Assembly: GCA_051294905.1 (NCBI GenBank)
Contig: CM119386.1
Span: 20,584,001-20,648,000, forward strand
Direction of reading: 5' to 3'
From: Botryllus schlosseri
Lineage: Eukaryota
Length of the DNA stretch: 64,000 bases
Shown: piece after piece, positions 29,968 to 44,592 of the stretch
How positions within the stretch are numbered: position 1 is the stretch's first letter
Layout of the letters: each line of letters starts with the position of its first letter
Notes under the pieces: model-generated
What the model was told of the DNA's origin: nothing
The model's input: the letters and a program-made list of their open reading frames with translations, nothing else
The model's database searches: none
Translations under genes and position numbers: made by a program

Positions 29968-32900
29968 CACTGTTGCCCTACCTCGCCCAGACATTGCTTC
30001 ATTGATCATTTGCTACCATTGTTTAATTTTTTATTATATTTTCCTTTCCTAACTAAACATTTTTTCACAGCCAGACTGTTCTGAGTCAAGTGTACCTGTT
30101 TGATGCTGGTGTGATCAGACTAGATGACCTTCACAGTCTTATCGATCATTCCTATCTAATACCGAATACTGTGCACGCATATTTTCTGTACCACCATCAC
30201 TGCCGTTTGTTATGTATTTTGGTTCGATGAAAATAAAGACTCTCTCTCTCGCATCACGAGCCAGCCATAGTAAAAATAGAATTTTGATTTAATTCTTCCT
30301 ACGGTAAACAATCTCAACACAATGGCACAGCCTGAATCTATGATACTAGACGCGCATTACCTTCCCTGGCAAGCTGCGATTTATCAGGTCAGTCGATCAA
30401 TACTGCCCTGCTAAAACTCTACTGCTATATCACATATTGTTTCATACAGAAGACCAAGGACGCTTCAGCACCTTTCCTTAGTCGATTAGGTCACCAAGAT
30501 CCATTCAATATCAGTGAAATTACAACAAAGGCACTACCCCGGATTATTCCTGATAATATAAATTTATCTTATTTTTCCATAACCTTTATAGTTCAGGATT
30601 TCAGATCATCATCATAACTAAGTGGTTCCATAATGTTAGTTAGTCACTTCTCTTGGATACCCAACAGCCTATATTCACTATGTTGGGATCTAATCTGAAA
30701 TTCAAGGGTCTTCCTGGTAAGTACTCCTTTTACCTAATTGAATTCCTGATTGGAATTGCCTGATATATCAGGTGAGCAGTGATGATTTTCCTAAAAAATA
30801 GAATATAGTGTGAGCACAGCACACCGATTCCATACAGGATTGAATTCAGATTCGGCAGGCTTCTTAACAGTCATGGCAATAGGTCACCCGACATATAAAA
30901 CAGAATCATTTTAGAACTGGACAATTAAGCATGTGCATGACCAGACCTCTCTCCTCTATAACACAGAAAATGTAGGGAACATCAGACAATTTTAACCTCG
31001 ATTTCATTTGGACATAACTTTAATGATTTAACCTCTCTTTATTCAATATCAATATAAATTGTCATAATAGAATGGGCTCAAAAACTGATCCAGTGCTAAG
31101 TTGTCAAGAATTTCAGCCTGTGTTCCTAATGGTAGGTCCACCTGGAGTGCAATTCTTTAACTCATTCTTAACTTTTACAAATATGTTAATCTCACCAAGT
31201 CAATTCGCATGGTTCATAGTAGGTGTCCACAACTCGACAATACATTACAAAGAAATTTAGACAAATTTGGTCTCTAATTCAAGAAATGAGGATGATTTTG
31301 TCTCATTTTCAGTAATTTTGATCTCTCTGATGAATTGAGGTCCTGAAATTGAGACCGATTCAGTATCTTAAGACCAAAATTGATTGTCTCACTTACTTGG
31401 TCCCAGAAACTAGACCAACAAAACGCATCTTATAAGGCGTATTGTTTTTATTGTGACAGTTTTTGCTGTGTCAGTATCCTTGGTCTTATTTTGCAGGCAA
31501 CGTTGCCAACCAAAGAAACGACATAGTTGGTGGTCTTGAAAAATGATTTTGGAAAATTTATATGAGCTATAGGTCAAGAGCACATGACCTATACCCAGCT
31601 TGTTGAGACAAGTTTTAATGTATCGGTTATTCAATCCTATTTCCGCAAGAAAGTTTGCCAATCTATGCACATCATGGTCCCTAGACTGGAAACCTGCCCA
31701 ACATAAGCACCAACAAATGATATATTATACCCAAGGATTTGACTTCTAAGTGGTGAGATGGGCAGGGCGAGACAGCTTTTAGCTATGGCCCTACTGACCT
31801 TTTACACTTTATGCACTAGCCAGCTTCCATTGAACTTTTCATTGAAAAACAAAACGCCTCACAACTGCTGAAACCTCTCGATTCATATCATCATAATAAT
31901 CGTCTGACATGAACTATCGTAGTGTGGAAATTCATTTTCATTGCCAATTTTCCACTAACCTGATTATACAAACATATTTTGCTGTTTAGAGACGTTTTGT
32001 TGATGTTTTGTGGAAAAAATATGGAGATATAGTAACGTCAATCAGGGTGACTTCATAACGTCTGCAAAATATTCTCGATTTGAAGTTGTCAGTCTCGTCA
32101 AATTAGAGAACAGTCGTTTGAAACAAAAATTTCCGAATTATTTCCCGAATTTGTCCCAATGCCGGGATTGAAACCTCGCCACGAAACCCATTCTATCCTA
32201 TGATATAGGTAACCACGATTTGAGCAGCTTATTGGAGGTACAGAACTCCAATATACAATTGAATAGTATATTGATAGTGAAATGAACCCAAATACGTTTG
32301 GCTGACACTCGTCATAAGTCAGACAATGATATTTCTGCTCTTAAAACTCGGCTATCAGGTTTGACGCATTCTTATTGCGGATGCCACATTGATAAGGCTG
32401 GTTTGTCGATGAACAAGGAGTGTTTCGTTGCTATCAAAGCATTACGCTCCAACCCTGAAATTCATACCACCAGTTATATCGGTATGCAGCCTTGTCTTGT
32501 TAACGTTGAATTGTTCATGGTCGAAAATGTTTGCTCGTAAATATATATATCTATATGTAAACCCGAACAGAACAAGTCGTTTCTCGGGTTGGAAAACTTG
32601 GATCCATTATTTGGCGCATAAAACTTGTCTATACCTTTTGATTAGGATCTCACTTTGACGGTAGAAACTCTCTGCGGGCCGATCAAAATGCCGTCGTGGG
32701 CGGAATCCGAACCGCGGTCCGTATGTTGCCCGTCCCTGCGCTAGATGCTGGACATAAAATATTTATTTCTTCATTTTGGTGCCATAAATGTTTGCGATCA
32801 CGCCAAAAGTATCGTCGGAAGCGTTGCGCGTTAATTTTGCATTAGTCTACATCTATCTTTGCGGGAATGGTTTTCGGCACTTGTTCATATCAAAACGAAG

Positions 32901-35900
32901 ACGCGGATCTTCAAGACACAACCACGTGCAGGGCTATGTTACATTTCAGCTAGGGTTAGTGTTATCTATGACACAATGGTTTGTGAGCAAGAAGCTCAGC
33001 TAGCCCCGCCGAGCAAAACCCGAGCGCTATTTTCTAAATGGCCCGTTTTAATAATTCGCCAATAATTACTCACACAATCTTCTTGAATTTCAGAGCAACA
33101 ACCTTAACCCACACCGCGCGCAGATTTATTCACTACTCCGAGTCATGGGACATTCTGACCGTGCCAGGCCAAGCCAAACGGATTCAAACCACCAGTGAGT
33201 CGAGTTAAACTATCAAGGTAGGGACATGACTTTGAGTTGTGGCATTATCCAGCTTTCAGCTACAAATGAAGCTTCCATCTATCCGAATTGAATAATTATT
33301 AAGAGTGGAAGAGTTAATTATGCCGAAAACCTGCTGATATCGATCGTGCACGCACAGCATTCAGTGCTGGTATACAAGTCAAATCCTGAGTCACGAATAA
33401 TTTCGAGTCATTGTTGGTTTTGACTGAGTTCAATCAAGCCAATTGGTTCCCGAAGGTGACCCAGCCAAGCCAAGTTGCTTGATCCTTTTGGAGGCGACTG
33501 AGTTAAGTGAGTTAAGTCAAGTCACGAGCCGAGTCACAATTCAAGTTAAATTGAATTTTCGAAGTACGAGAGAGATTCAACCTTCAAGGTCATACCATTT
33601 TTGTCAGCTGTGTGACAGGCAGGTCAATCAACCATTCATCTTGAATAGAATTTACCTCCAATTTATTTAAATGTACTCATGCGCTGCTGTTCGTATTATG
33701 AGCCAAGTCAGACGATTGAATATGAAGCTAAATTCATATAATACAGTGCATCCCCCCTTCACATGTGGGAAAATATAACCGCATGAACATATTCATGACT
33801 CAATCATGACCCAAAGTGGAACACTACCCCATATAAGCAAGCACCTCTACTTGTTGATGACTGAATTTACCCTATTAATCTTGCTCGAATCACCCCAGCA
33901 GAGTCAGCGGGGCCTCGCATAATCCTAGAGGCTGGCCAAGCCACAAATCGGCAGTCACGGAGAATAAGAAGAACATCGGCCTGGAGTCAATGAGTGCAGT
34001 GGCCGACAAAACACCCTGAGTATCCCAAGATAATCAAGCAAGTTACTGAGTAAGTCAACCCACACAGCAAGGTTAATTATAGTTATCTTAGGCGATACTG
34101 TTCGCCTAGATCACACTAGGGGGCCAGTCAAAGTGGCACTGAAAGCCAGGTACATTGCAAGCGGGCTATATCTCTTACTACTAATTTAACATCATGCAAG
34201 CCGCACATTTACTGAATAATGGATTAATCTCGACAGGTCACATCGGCGCATCGTCAAGAATTCGGAGCCTACCAGGTTCAAAGCACGAGATTCCGGATGG
34301 GTTAATTTGATCGTCGACCCCATTACGTCGCCAAGTCAAATCTGGCCACATGGAAAAGGGACAATAGTATTAATTTCTGCGACTCGCAAGTCTAGTAACC
34401 TACTCCTACATGACATACAACTTGATCAGGCAGTGAGTGGACCGGAGGGGGGAGACCGGATCTCCCCACCAGCAATTATAGTCTTATTAATGAAGTGATG
34501 CCTCACAATTGGGACCAATTTAATCCCTCAAGTTCACACCGATTGTCAATCTTATTTGGTTTCAAAATTGGGACCCAAAAACATTCGCCGAAAAGACACA
34601 TTGCCCTTGGTACCACGTTTTAGTGCCCCCATTTCTCAGGCCTGTTTCTCCAGGAGGATTTGGCCAATTACACACATCATAGGCGGCGACCTATAACCAG
34701 GTGCGTTGAACAGTTGTTATTAAAAGGTGGTGGACTGTTCTTCTTTGTACAGACTTGGATTCCGCGACATAGTCCAACCTATAAGTACTATTTCCGAAAA
34801 AACGATAACCTCTGGCACACACATATCAAAGGTGCGCAATGAGCACTGTTAGTTTCTTATAGAATCAAGGTACCCTACTAGCAGACTATGCCACTTTATC
34901 ACTTGTCTAGTCAAGGTTTCTCAACTCATTCGTGATACAATAAACGCACATCATTCAATTCTTACAGGTTACACAATTCAGGAAGTATACAAGATGCCGT
35001 GATCCAGCCAATCATCGACCCACATCCTAGAAATCAAGTCAAGACACGCTAAACCACCAGAAAAAAAGAAAGAAAAAAAAGGTGACCTAAATCCACATTA
35101 TCTGGCTATTCCCCGCACAGTACTCAATCCGTACATAATGTTAACCCATTCAGGACATTATCGTGGCCTAGTGAAACCAACCTGTAACAACACTGATCAT
35201 TTTATGATTTCAAGACCCAGAAATGGCCCGCGTTATTTTAACTTTCAAATTCAAAACCCCAGGGAGTCCTGGTCTCAATTTCCAAACATCAAGCATTCCC
35301 TTTTCAAGCGAGCCAAACTTTGACACCAATTGCAGGCATCATCTTGATTCATACGGCGTTCCTATTTTCGCCGCAATCACCATTACCTATACAATTGTGT
35401 GGGTATTAATCCACCATTCCAAATTCCCTTAATTTAGCACCACAATTATTCAATTTTAAATCTATACAGGGACTCTAGCCAGTTTATATAGAGTTCCACT
35501 ACTATACAGGTAAAAATTACCCTCTCCAATCACGCAATGTCTCTTTTTCCACACCCAATATCGGCATGAATTCCAGTCAATTGTATTTTAATTTCACAGA
35601 TCAAATCATAGCAAAAGAGTCCTATCGGCACTTCCAGCTACTCAGCAGCCAACACAAATCTACCCCCTGCTACGATGCACCGGCTGACACAAGAAAGAAT
35701 TCAGAAACCGCGCGAATTTGAATTCGGTCAAAGATTACGGTATAAGCATGGTTCGTCGTAAAGTTCTCCGCAACTAATGTTATATCCAAACGGTCAATGT
35801 TGAGCGCAGAATGGCGAACAAACGACCGATGTTAGGTGAGTGAGTTTGCTGTCAACATTCACGCTGGAGACCGTGGTAATAGGTACTTCCACTAGTTCGG

Positions 35901-36029
35901 AGTACTCAAGTCAGTCCCATCTACTTCTACTGCCTGATCAAACAGGCGAGTATTCGAACTACTTTTTAACTATCAACATGCCCGGGTAGAATTTTGTGAT
36001 GTCCAGGACCACTGTGGTTACCCACACCG

Positions 36030-36145
36030 GGTCAACTTCTGTTTCGCAACCGCCGACCGGTAGCCTGAAGACCACCCCTTCTGTAGTTACTCTGGTATGA
36101 CTCGAACTCGCAACACATTGGTGATGCAGTTCCGAGGTAATCCTA
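36030..36145 (-). other. Possible host exon resembling a ZP-domain N-terminal segment
   Basis: HQCVASSSHTRVTTEGVVFRLPVGGCETEVDP resembles the ZP-N pattern C...xPxxGCxT; flanked by a plausible TAG acceptor and GT donor. Single short exon. Confidence 0.25.
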
Positions 36146-39100
36146 CCCACAATCAAGCAGAAATTCGCAGGTAGTACTTCAACAGCTCTCAGCCTATCCA
36201 AGTAACAATGCTGCCATTATGACCACCTTTGGACTGTAGAGATCGTTGGGCAATAATCAGTCTTCCTTTTACAGAAACCGCACTGAACATCATAGCATTC
36301 CCACAAGGACCAGCTATCACTCAGGCCGAGCGGCAGGAATACCGCTCATTCGGCAAGGTAAACTCATATCCGTAACCCGTTATGTAACAATTATTCAAAA
36401 ATTATTTATTATGACCATGGCGCTGCGATTTCGCGGCGAACTCGACATCCATCATAGATCAAGGCGCATGTCTCAAATTTCAGACAATCAAGATCAACAT
36501 TTCATTGTAATTTTGAATAACAGCAAAGTTATCAAACTACTAGGATTCAATTTACGCGGCTATAAACTGCCAAGAGTAAATTAAATTATTATTAGCAAGA
36601 CTTCAATAGGGAACTGAGCAGTCGAATCCGAACTTGATTGCTGACTTGACCCGGTCACAACCCCGAATGATGAGTGCTCATTCTTGCAAAAGTGGAAACG
36701 CCAAATTGAAGCTATCCTGTGTAGTTTACAAGGATTTGACCCAACTTATTATCAATTGAGTATCCTGTGCCCCTCACAACACATGTGCTGGACTAGCGAG
36801 TAGAATATGTCAACCTATATCGTAGCAATTTGCCAATTCCATTGTACGTGAACACATGCTGTTACTTGCTATTTTATCAGCTGACCAGCCCGCGAGCGAT
36901 TGGAAAGCCTGAATCCGGCCCGGGACGCAATTTGAGTCCGACACCACTGCCTCAAACCTCCAACTCATGGTATGTATTGTTTTGACCGTATCATTGTGTA
37001 CCCAGATCTCGCGAAACCCCCATCAGTGCGCGTCACGTCGCGTGCTCTCCTATCTACAGATTCAACTCGAATGTACGTACCCACTTGGAAAGTATATTAG
37101 CCATAACATGAAGTGATTTGGATAGTGTTTAATGTCCTTGAGTACACTAATTTAATAAGTCCTCACAAAAACAAAGTTCAGTCCCTACGTTTCAAAAAAA
37201 CATTTTTCTCATTTAAAGCAATAGCCATAAGTCACCTTGGCAGGTTCATTCAGTCTAATAATTAACAAGAAGTGGTGAAGCCATGTATTAGGTCTTAGTT
37301 GGCCGTTGCTGTTCTGGGGTTGCACAAAGTTGTTCTGGGGTCCCATAACAATCAATCCGAGCAAGCAAATACCACATCCATGACGCAGAAATGGCGGGGA
37401 AAGATATTCAAGTATTCGCGGCTTCAATTATTAGTCACTTGTGAAATTATTTTCACTTGGAAAATAACAGTACTATTTATTCAGCCAACTGCCATAGGTA
37501 ATATATCGTTAATCCATTTTCTAATCGCTCTATCGCTCAGTTTTAACTGAACGCCAAGGACCATAATACAGGGTCGCATAGATTCCAGGATCCACTCCCT
37601 ATACCTTGCTAGTCTAGTTCCGAAACCTGTTGTCATTCCATACCAAACTAGTTCTTACAGATACTAATTTAAAAGTAATCTTTAATTGCCAGTTCTTAAA
37701 GCAAATTTTCTCTCAATTTTTGCAGGAACAATACCATAGTACAGATTCCCAGCCACCCCTCCGGTGTTTCAACGAGGCATTCAAGACTGGGGCAAGGCCT
37801 TTTCAAGTACCAAGGAGCAATTTTAAAGCGTTCAACGTCATAACCGCACATGATATGTTAATACCGCTCAGATGTAAAGATGTACCGCTCGCCAACAATG
37901 TTTGTAAGAAAGATGTTGTTCGTGGTTGTTTTGATACCAACAGATTAGGGACCCCTACATTTGAGTATTACTTGTCTGGCTGTGCTCCCATTCAGGTAGA
38001 TGTGAGACTGGGTGGACCTACTTTAGTGACAACAGTTTGGAATAATCACGATCCCAACCTTCTATCGCTAAGATTTGCACAATTCAGTGACTTCGAGCAC
38101 CCGGAAAATTACTGCACAATCATCGGTTCAAATGGTAAAAGACAATCCATTTTATCTGCCAGCGCTGGGGTCAAAATCTATGAGTCACTATACATCTTAA
38201 CTGAGGTCTGGTTTACTATTCTAGTTTATTTGGCTATACCATTGAAAAGTAGTACTTGAAAAGTAGGTTTTAGGCACTAGATATAGGTTTTTCAGACCTG
38301 TAGTAGACCTTTTGAAATCAAGACTAAGCAATTGGCGCGGGCTGCTGTTGCATAGTTTTTGAAAAGTAGTTTTCAGACTACTTCAACCCGCATATCTCAT
38401 ACAAAACATTCCAAATTTCAACCAGGAACCTGCTCGGTTCCCCCTTTTGTCGAATTTCGCACTATGACATGAGGTCACTACATTCTCCCACTAGATAAAG
38501 GGTCAACTGATCACATACCATATTTATCTATCAATGCAGAGGATAGCAACTAATTGACGGGGTACCACACATTACCCAGTTAGGCATCAGCCCGAATTTA
38601 AATAAACTGTATTTGTTCCATGTAGGCCACACAAGCGTTTGGCACCGACGACCTCCACGCCGCTCAGAAAACAACGCGGCCGTAGTCATTACTGGACCAA
38701 CTTTAACAATTATGACAGTCTGCAAACAACCCGCACACACATAAGGTAGGTTGATCTAACCGACGTACTAACTCAATCGCTTACTAAACGGTCCCACATT
38801 GACCCTGTGAATTTAGTCCTAAGGTACATTCCGTTCTACAGCTTTAGGCCATATCCAGCCACACCATTCCAGTAACTTTACTCTAATTTTGACAGGCGTG
38901 CTACCACTTTGACCGGAAGAAGAGAAATCACAAGGAGGCTGGACAAAGTCATAACTCGAATAATTCCAGATTCTTTCCGAAGTTTCGTTCCGGAATTCAT
39001 ATGTGAATCTGTTGTCGCATACCGCCGCGCTCGGCTTACAAGGATTGGTCTATTCGGCGTCTAAACCCTTTGATATCGAAAGCTTTAGTTGACATGGTCC

Positions 39101-42100
39101 AAACTGATATTTTAGCCATCACGATTTATGCGCTGCGATTTGACCAATTCAATCATTCGCCTAGCTTAGCAAGTTCACATCCCGCGGGATCCATTTTTGA
39201 CAACAATACTTAATTCTAGGAGTTACGTTGCGAGATAACACTAGGCCCAAATTGCAAGTCGTACTATATTTTACGCTCACTTCAGTACGTCATCCTATAT
39301 TGTCGCAATCTCAATAATACCACTCGGAAAACTCTCGTATTCACCTTTTCACAACACAGAATTATTGTGACAGTTGATGCAGTTCGCTCTGAGAATGGAT
39401 TTCAACCTCCGGTAAGAAGGTCCGATGAAACTATAATCAGACCCTATTCAAAATGGACGTCAGCAATACGTTTTTTTGGCTTGCCCCTCGTGGGTTTCAT
39501 TGTTCAACTGCATTACATCTCAGGAAGACCTATTCGAAATTTTCAGTCAATGGTATTGGCGCCTGTGTTAAACCGAGCACTGAGCAGTCCCAATTCCCAG
39601 GAAAGCAAGATGAGACACTCATTCCCAATTACAAGATTATGCGTCGGCGATATTTGTGGTTCCGAGGAAAGTTGTTATTTCATAACTCAGTTCATACACT
39701 CACATAAGTAGTTATTATGATCGGAGGATATAGGTTATCATTATACCGCAGCAAGGCCGCATTTTTGCGACAACTATTTATTTTGTCGCGGGCCGGTTTG
39801 AAAGGGACGAACTATTCGGCGCCTGGGCACCTTTCTCATCGAAAGCTTTGACCAGGCCTAGGTTTCACAGCGGACGGTCTTTCTGGGAGCGCCAACGGTG
39901 CGGGACATTCCATCTCGTAATGGCAAATGCAGTTCGGCTCAATGTGATTCCTTCCTTTGGTGCTCTTCTATTTTCACGAAGAGGTAACCTTATTAATAGT
40001 AAGCAATCGAGCGGCATGTTGCGCAAAGCGTGTAGAAAATTTTTACTTTTGGTAATTTCGTCGCAAATCATTTCGCTTTTTAGCATTGTACAAAGATCTA
40101 CCAAAATGTGATCGGCTATTGGATCCAGTATACTACGTCGGGATTGATTTCTTAGTTACCACATCTCAACGGAGGCGGCCAGACTAGTCCATTTCTGGCC
40201 GGTCTTGTAACCTCGCAATCTGTGCAACTATTACTAACCTTACAAACTACCTCACCGTCAGTCATAACCTCCATACTAGCCACGAATTGGCCGGTCTTAT
40301 GCCTATACACCCTCGTGGGTTTTGGGTTCCTTTTGAACCAAGGACGTTACGAACCTAGTTTTCGCCCTACCTTATTCTAACTCCGTTCCTATAAAAAAAA
40401 TTTCATGCCTTAGCTTAGACCCGGACCGATGTGTGCCATGACTCGTGCAATGGGCCATGCAATGCCTCGGAGAGATCTACGGCACATGAAGCAACTCTAC
40501 ATAAGGTTTAGTTGCCATCGGTACGAGTGCTGGATCTTGGGCCCAAGATTACTAAAGAGTAATCATCTAAAAATGGACCTATCCCACCCTAACTACAATC
40601 TATCTAATCACTACCGAAACAGAGGCCATCTTGGACTCATGGACGGCAATAAAGACACCGTCCTCCGCGCCGTCCATAAGTCCGCGACGGATGCTCTGAT
40701 TTAGGGACTAAATCCCAGCTGGAGGGATGCCAGCCTAGACAAAAGTGTGACAAAAATATTTTATTCAACCTTCGCTTATTTTCCGATTTGAAGCTGTACG
40801 ATCTGTCATCGTAATTATCACGTAGTGTGATTTTTTCTTCACCGGCGGCGTTCCTGTGTGTCGGATTTATCGCAACAATTCTAGGCCCGATTTCGCCTCT
40901 CCTCATACCTAATACGTCTCTAAAATAGGTAATAATATTCGACGGTAGACGACCCTCGTTTCAGGGTACCTGTCAGAGGTAAATATTTGAAAGAGCCATT
41001 GAAAATTTACAACTAGCATGCACCTAAATCAAACACCTCCCTACACTTACGGCAGCCGTCAAGGCTCCAAGGCCTATTTTACCAAGTCAATTATTTTATA
41101 TTTTCACGCCTCCCTATTCTATCCAGAGACACGCTCGCGGGCCCCTTTCCCAAGCCTTGGGGTTGCCGCGGGCCGCGGCATTAATAATAGGGATATTTAA
41201 TATAGTAATTCCAAGTGGCCCCTTCGACGGGTTTTCATAAACGAGGACCCCACAACCGCCAAAAAATCCAAATTACTTATGATAGTATTTTACGTTGGAC
41301 ATGAAAAAAATAGACATTCCATGAGGATCGCCTTATGCCAACCGTAATTTGTAATATTGAGAGTTATATTATGGCGAAATTCGCCAGGATTTCCACAGCA
41401 ACTTTCAGAGCGAACTTCAACCCTTTTTATTTGAAAGGTACGTGGCCTTTAAATATTTTGTTCAACACTTGAAACGTCCAAATTTCGCCGCGGCCTGTCC
41501 GAAGCATAGGCATTGGTGCAAGCGGCCCGCGGGCTGTCCCCGAACTTTTACCATAAGCCGCTCACATCTGTGAGCACAGGGGCTCAGATTCACATTGAAA
41601 GGACCAACACGATTTAGGGCAATCGACATGGTAACCAAAGAAGGTACATGCCGAGATTTTACAATCGGGAGCATATTTGGCGTGGTGCACTGACAAGACG
41701 ATTTAATGCGCACTACTTCAAGCGCGTACACAGCCGATCAAGGCTCCACCTTTCTATGACCGCAATTGCGTTAGCACGACCACATTCGACATGAAATATT
41801 TCTAGAGTACTCAACCCAATCGTCTGATCTTTTAACATAACCCCGGTGCAAGGATGCCGGCCCCGTGCGCGAGTAACAGTCGTCTCTTCCTAATCTTCAT
41901 TCCTTCTGCTTCTGTTCGAGTCCAGGGTTGGACTGAATTAGGCTGTGTTGTGCGGCCGATTATATGGGTTTCTGATTCAAAAGATAAACTAAAGCTTCCT
42001 CTCCCTAATAGCTGGAAACTAATTTCGGCCCCAACTCGTGGCGAGTCATTTCTTTTTTATTCTTTTTATGAGTAATTATTCGTGTTCCAGTTGGCGGCGA

Positions 42101-44592
42101 TTGGCCAATTGTTCTCTGGCCACAAAGCTTTTTAACATCCTGTCGGCGTGCCCATTTTCGTCCGCCTTCGGCTTTTTCAATGACCACGAGCCATGACTCG
42201 CGCGCAACTCGAGGTCCGCAGCTTCGGTCCTAGCAGCGCCATTTTGAATGAAAATTTCAGGCGCCATTTTGATCCGGCAACAATCGCGTTGTAGTTCAAC
42301 ATTACAGTATCCCGCATGCGGCAATTCACGTTAGTATTTCATACCTTGTACGACTTACGCCTCGCTGGCCCATTTTTGGCCGAATCGCCAACTTAGAAGG
42401 TCACATATAGCCTCTCTTTTTATCAAAAGGGCCCCTACCGCTTACCTATCCCGCTAGGCCGCAGGCGGGCGCTGTTGTTTCATTTTGCACACACACAATT
42501 CAACCGAGCTATTCGCAACCTGGGTTGCAGCATATAAATTGATAACCCATGTCTTAATAATTGCTCTTTTTATGTTATATTGAGGCATAGCTAGTTCATC
42601 GATCTTTTATCCACGACTGGTTCCTTCCTCACGCTATTCTCAGGGTATAACTAAACCGAGCGCTTATTCGTAAATCATGTCATTTGGGATTATTCGCACT
42701 CTCCACTAACGGCGCACAAGGTTCACGTTAGAGATAATGTTGCAATGCTAAGATCAGACCACTTGCATATGGCCAAGATCTACGAAGCACCCCAGCATTC
42801 ATGACGAAGAATATCGCCTTACAGTTGATATTTCCGGTCACTGGAGCGAGGGGTACATTCCTTTTGATTCGCCTCGAGAGAATAAATAACTGCAAAATAA
42901 TTCCCTATAAAATTAGGCTGGATGCATGAGTTGAGTGTGCGTTTATTTTATCTCAGCTCCCTCAGATCGATAGGACTCTAGTTCTCTGGTCAGGAAGTAG
43001 TCGTTTCGCGCGAGTTTCGTTATGTAGCAACCATATGGCAGGCAACATCGTTATCTCATGTTCCGTCCCCTACCAGCTAAACTGCCGCATATCCGATCTC
43101 AAAGCCCACCTCGCACGCAAATAATTCTTGATAAATTCTCAGTATGCGGCTTTGATCATACTAGTTTGTACGTCAGCACTTCTGAAGATCAGCTGATATT
43201 TAGGCAATGGAACCCATCTCCAATACAACAGAGAATTCGAAGATCGCGCACCCAATCTAAGCGTGATAATTAAACCCCGACTCGCACTTTATTGATACTG
43301 ACGCCCATTTTTTTGTGTACAACGCAAGCTTCATAACATTTAATCCACAAATACGATACTGTCTAACATCATATCAATAGCGCAATCCTTAGTGGGAATA
43401 GCGAAATAACATGGCTTATCAAAGTTATAAATAACCACGGGCTAGCTCGAAATTAACTGCGGGAAACTAATGAATAATATCCTTCGCGTAGCATGAATAT
43501 ATTGTAAGATTTACTGTACAATTACATGCCGCGAATTTTCGAAGTCATCACCTCCCTCGGGTGAATCTGACCACGTATGGTGATATCGGACAATATGCCG
43601 AACATGCCAGTACAAGCACCAATATTGTTGAAGATGTCCATTCCTTTACCAACGTTGATCAAAAAACGCAGCACTGTACAGCGTTGCATTGGATTAGCTT
43701 TTAAGCAGCACAAATTTGTGACTTTATTCGATTCGTTTGAACGGGTATCTTCTGTCGATAAGGTCGTACACTGATCTTATTCTTGCTTCAATCAGACTTG
43801 AATATTCGTATCATTATATCTGACTGTATTTTTTGATAGTGATGAGTGCATTGTCGGTATTATGACGTCACCTCAGTTTTTTACCGCGATAGGCCTATAT
43901 GGATCGCATGTTCCGGTTCCCAGTGCGCTCTCGTGCATGTATGTCTGTCTTGTATAGTAACCCACAATATGTCACCATATCGTTGCAGCGGAATCAAAGT
44001 TACTTGTGTCCATATTTCAATATCTTTTGGCATATCAGATAGGAGGTCACGAAATAGCATAATATAAGTAAGTCATTATACCTATAAATGTGATTACGTG
44101 AGTATAGTCAGGATCAATTAAACAGTGTATTCACATTGAAATGAGCCCGAATATTCTCGGCTGACACTCGTCAGGGGCAATCGTCAGCAACCAGCAGAGA
44201 ATTGGAAAGAACATTGCACACCAACAACCGCATCACAAAACATGACGTCACCAGCGTGAAATTCCGAATGAGAGCGAGACAGAACTAAAATTAATAGCAA
44301 TATACGCAATTCCTGATGATATCGGCCGATTTGATCAGGAATTATAACAAATTTTAGGCGCTTCGCGCCTTTTTTTAGTCGGAACGCCCGCTAAACGAAG
44401 ACCAGACACAGATGATTAGTAGTGGTGAAAAGCATATAGCCTGAGGGGAGTCTGGCGGGCGAAGGCCCCCAAAAGTTCGGTTTATTACCCTATGGGAAAC
44501 CGGTTGCGCGGTGCTGTCCTAGGGTCTGCGCAGTAAATTGGCGTATTCGCGCAGATTCGTGAAAAGTTTGAGGTGACATTAGTGACGGGCCA

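Larger units (their letters stand above)
26100..30250 (+). mobile_element. Near-full-length non-LTR retrotransposon, CR1 group (L2/Crack/Daphne-like)
   Basis: ORF1, APE-RT ORF2, ~270-nt 3' UTR with AATAAA and a (CT)n tail at ~30239-30250; 5' end approximate. Confidence 0.85.

Noticed and set aside
32660-36950. hAT-like right-end fragments at ~32665-32737 and ~36885-36950
   Set aside because: Only one end is recognisable in each case, with no TSD.
37630-38259. 209-aa ORF as a host gene
   Set aside because: TTG start, no recognisable domain, no supporting neighbouring exons.
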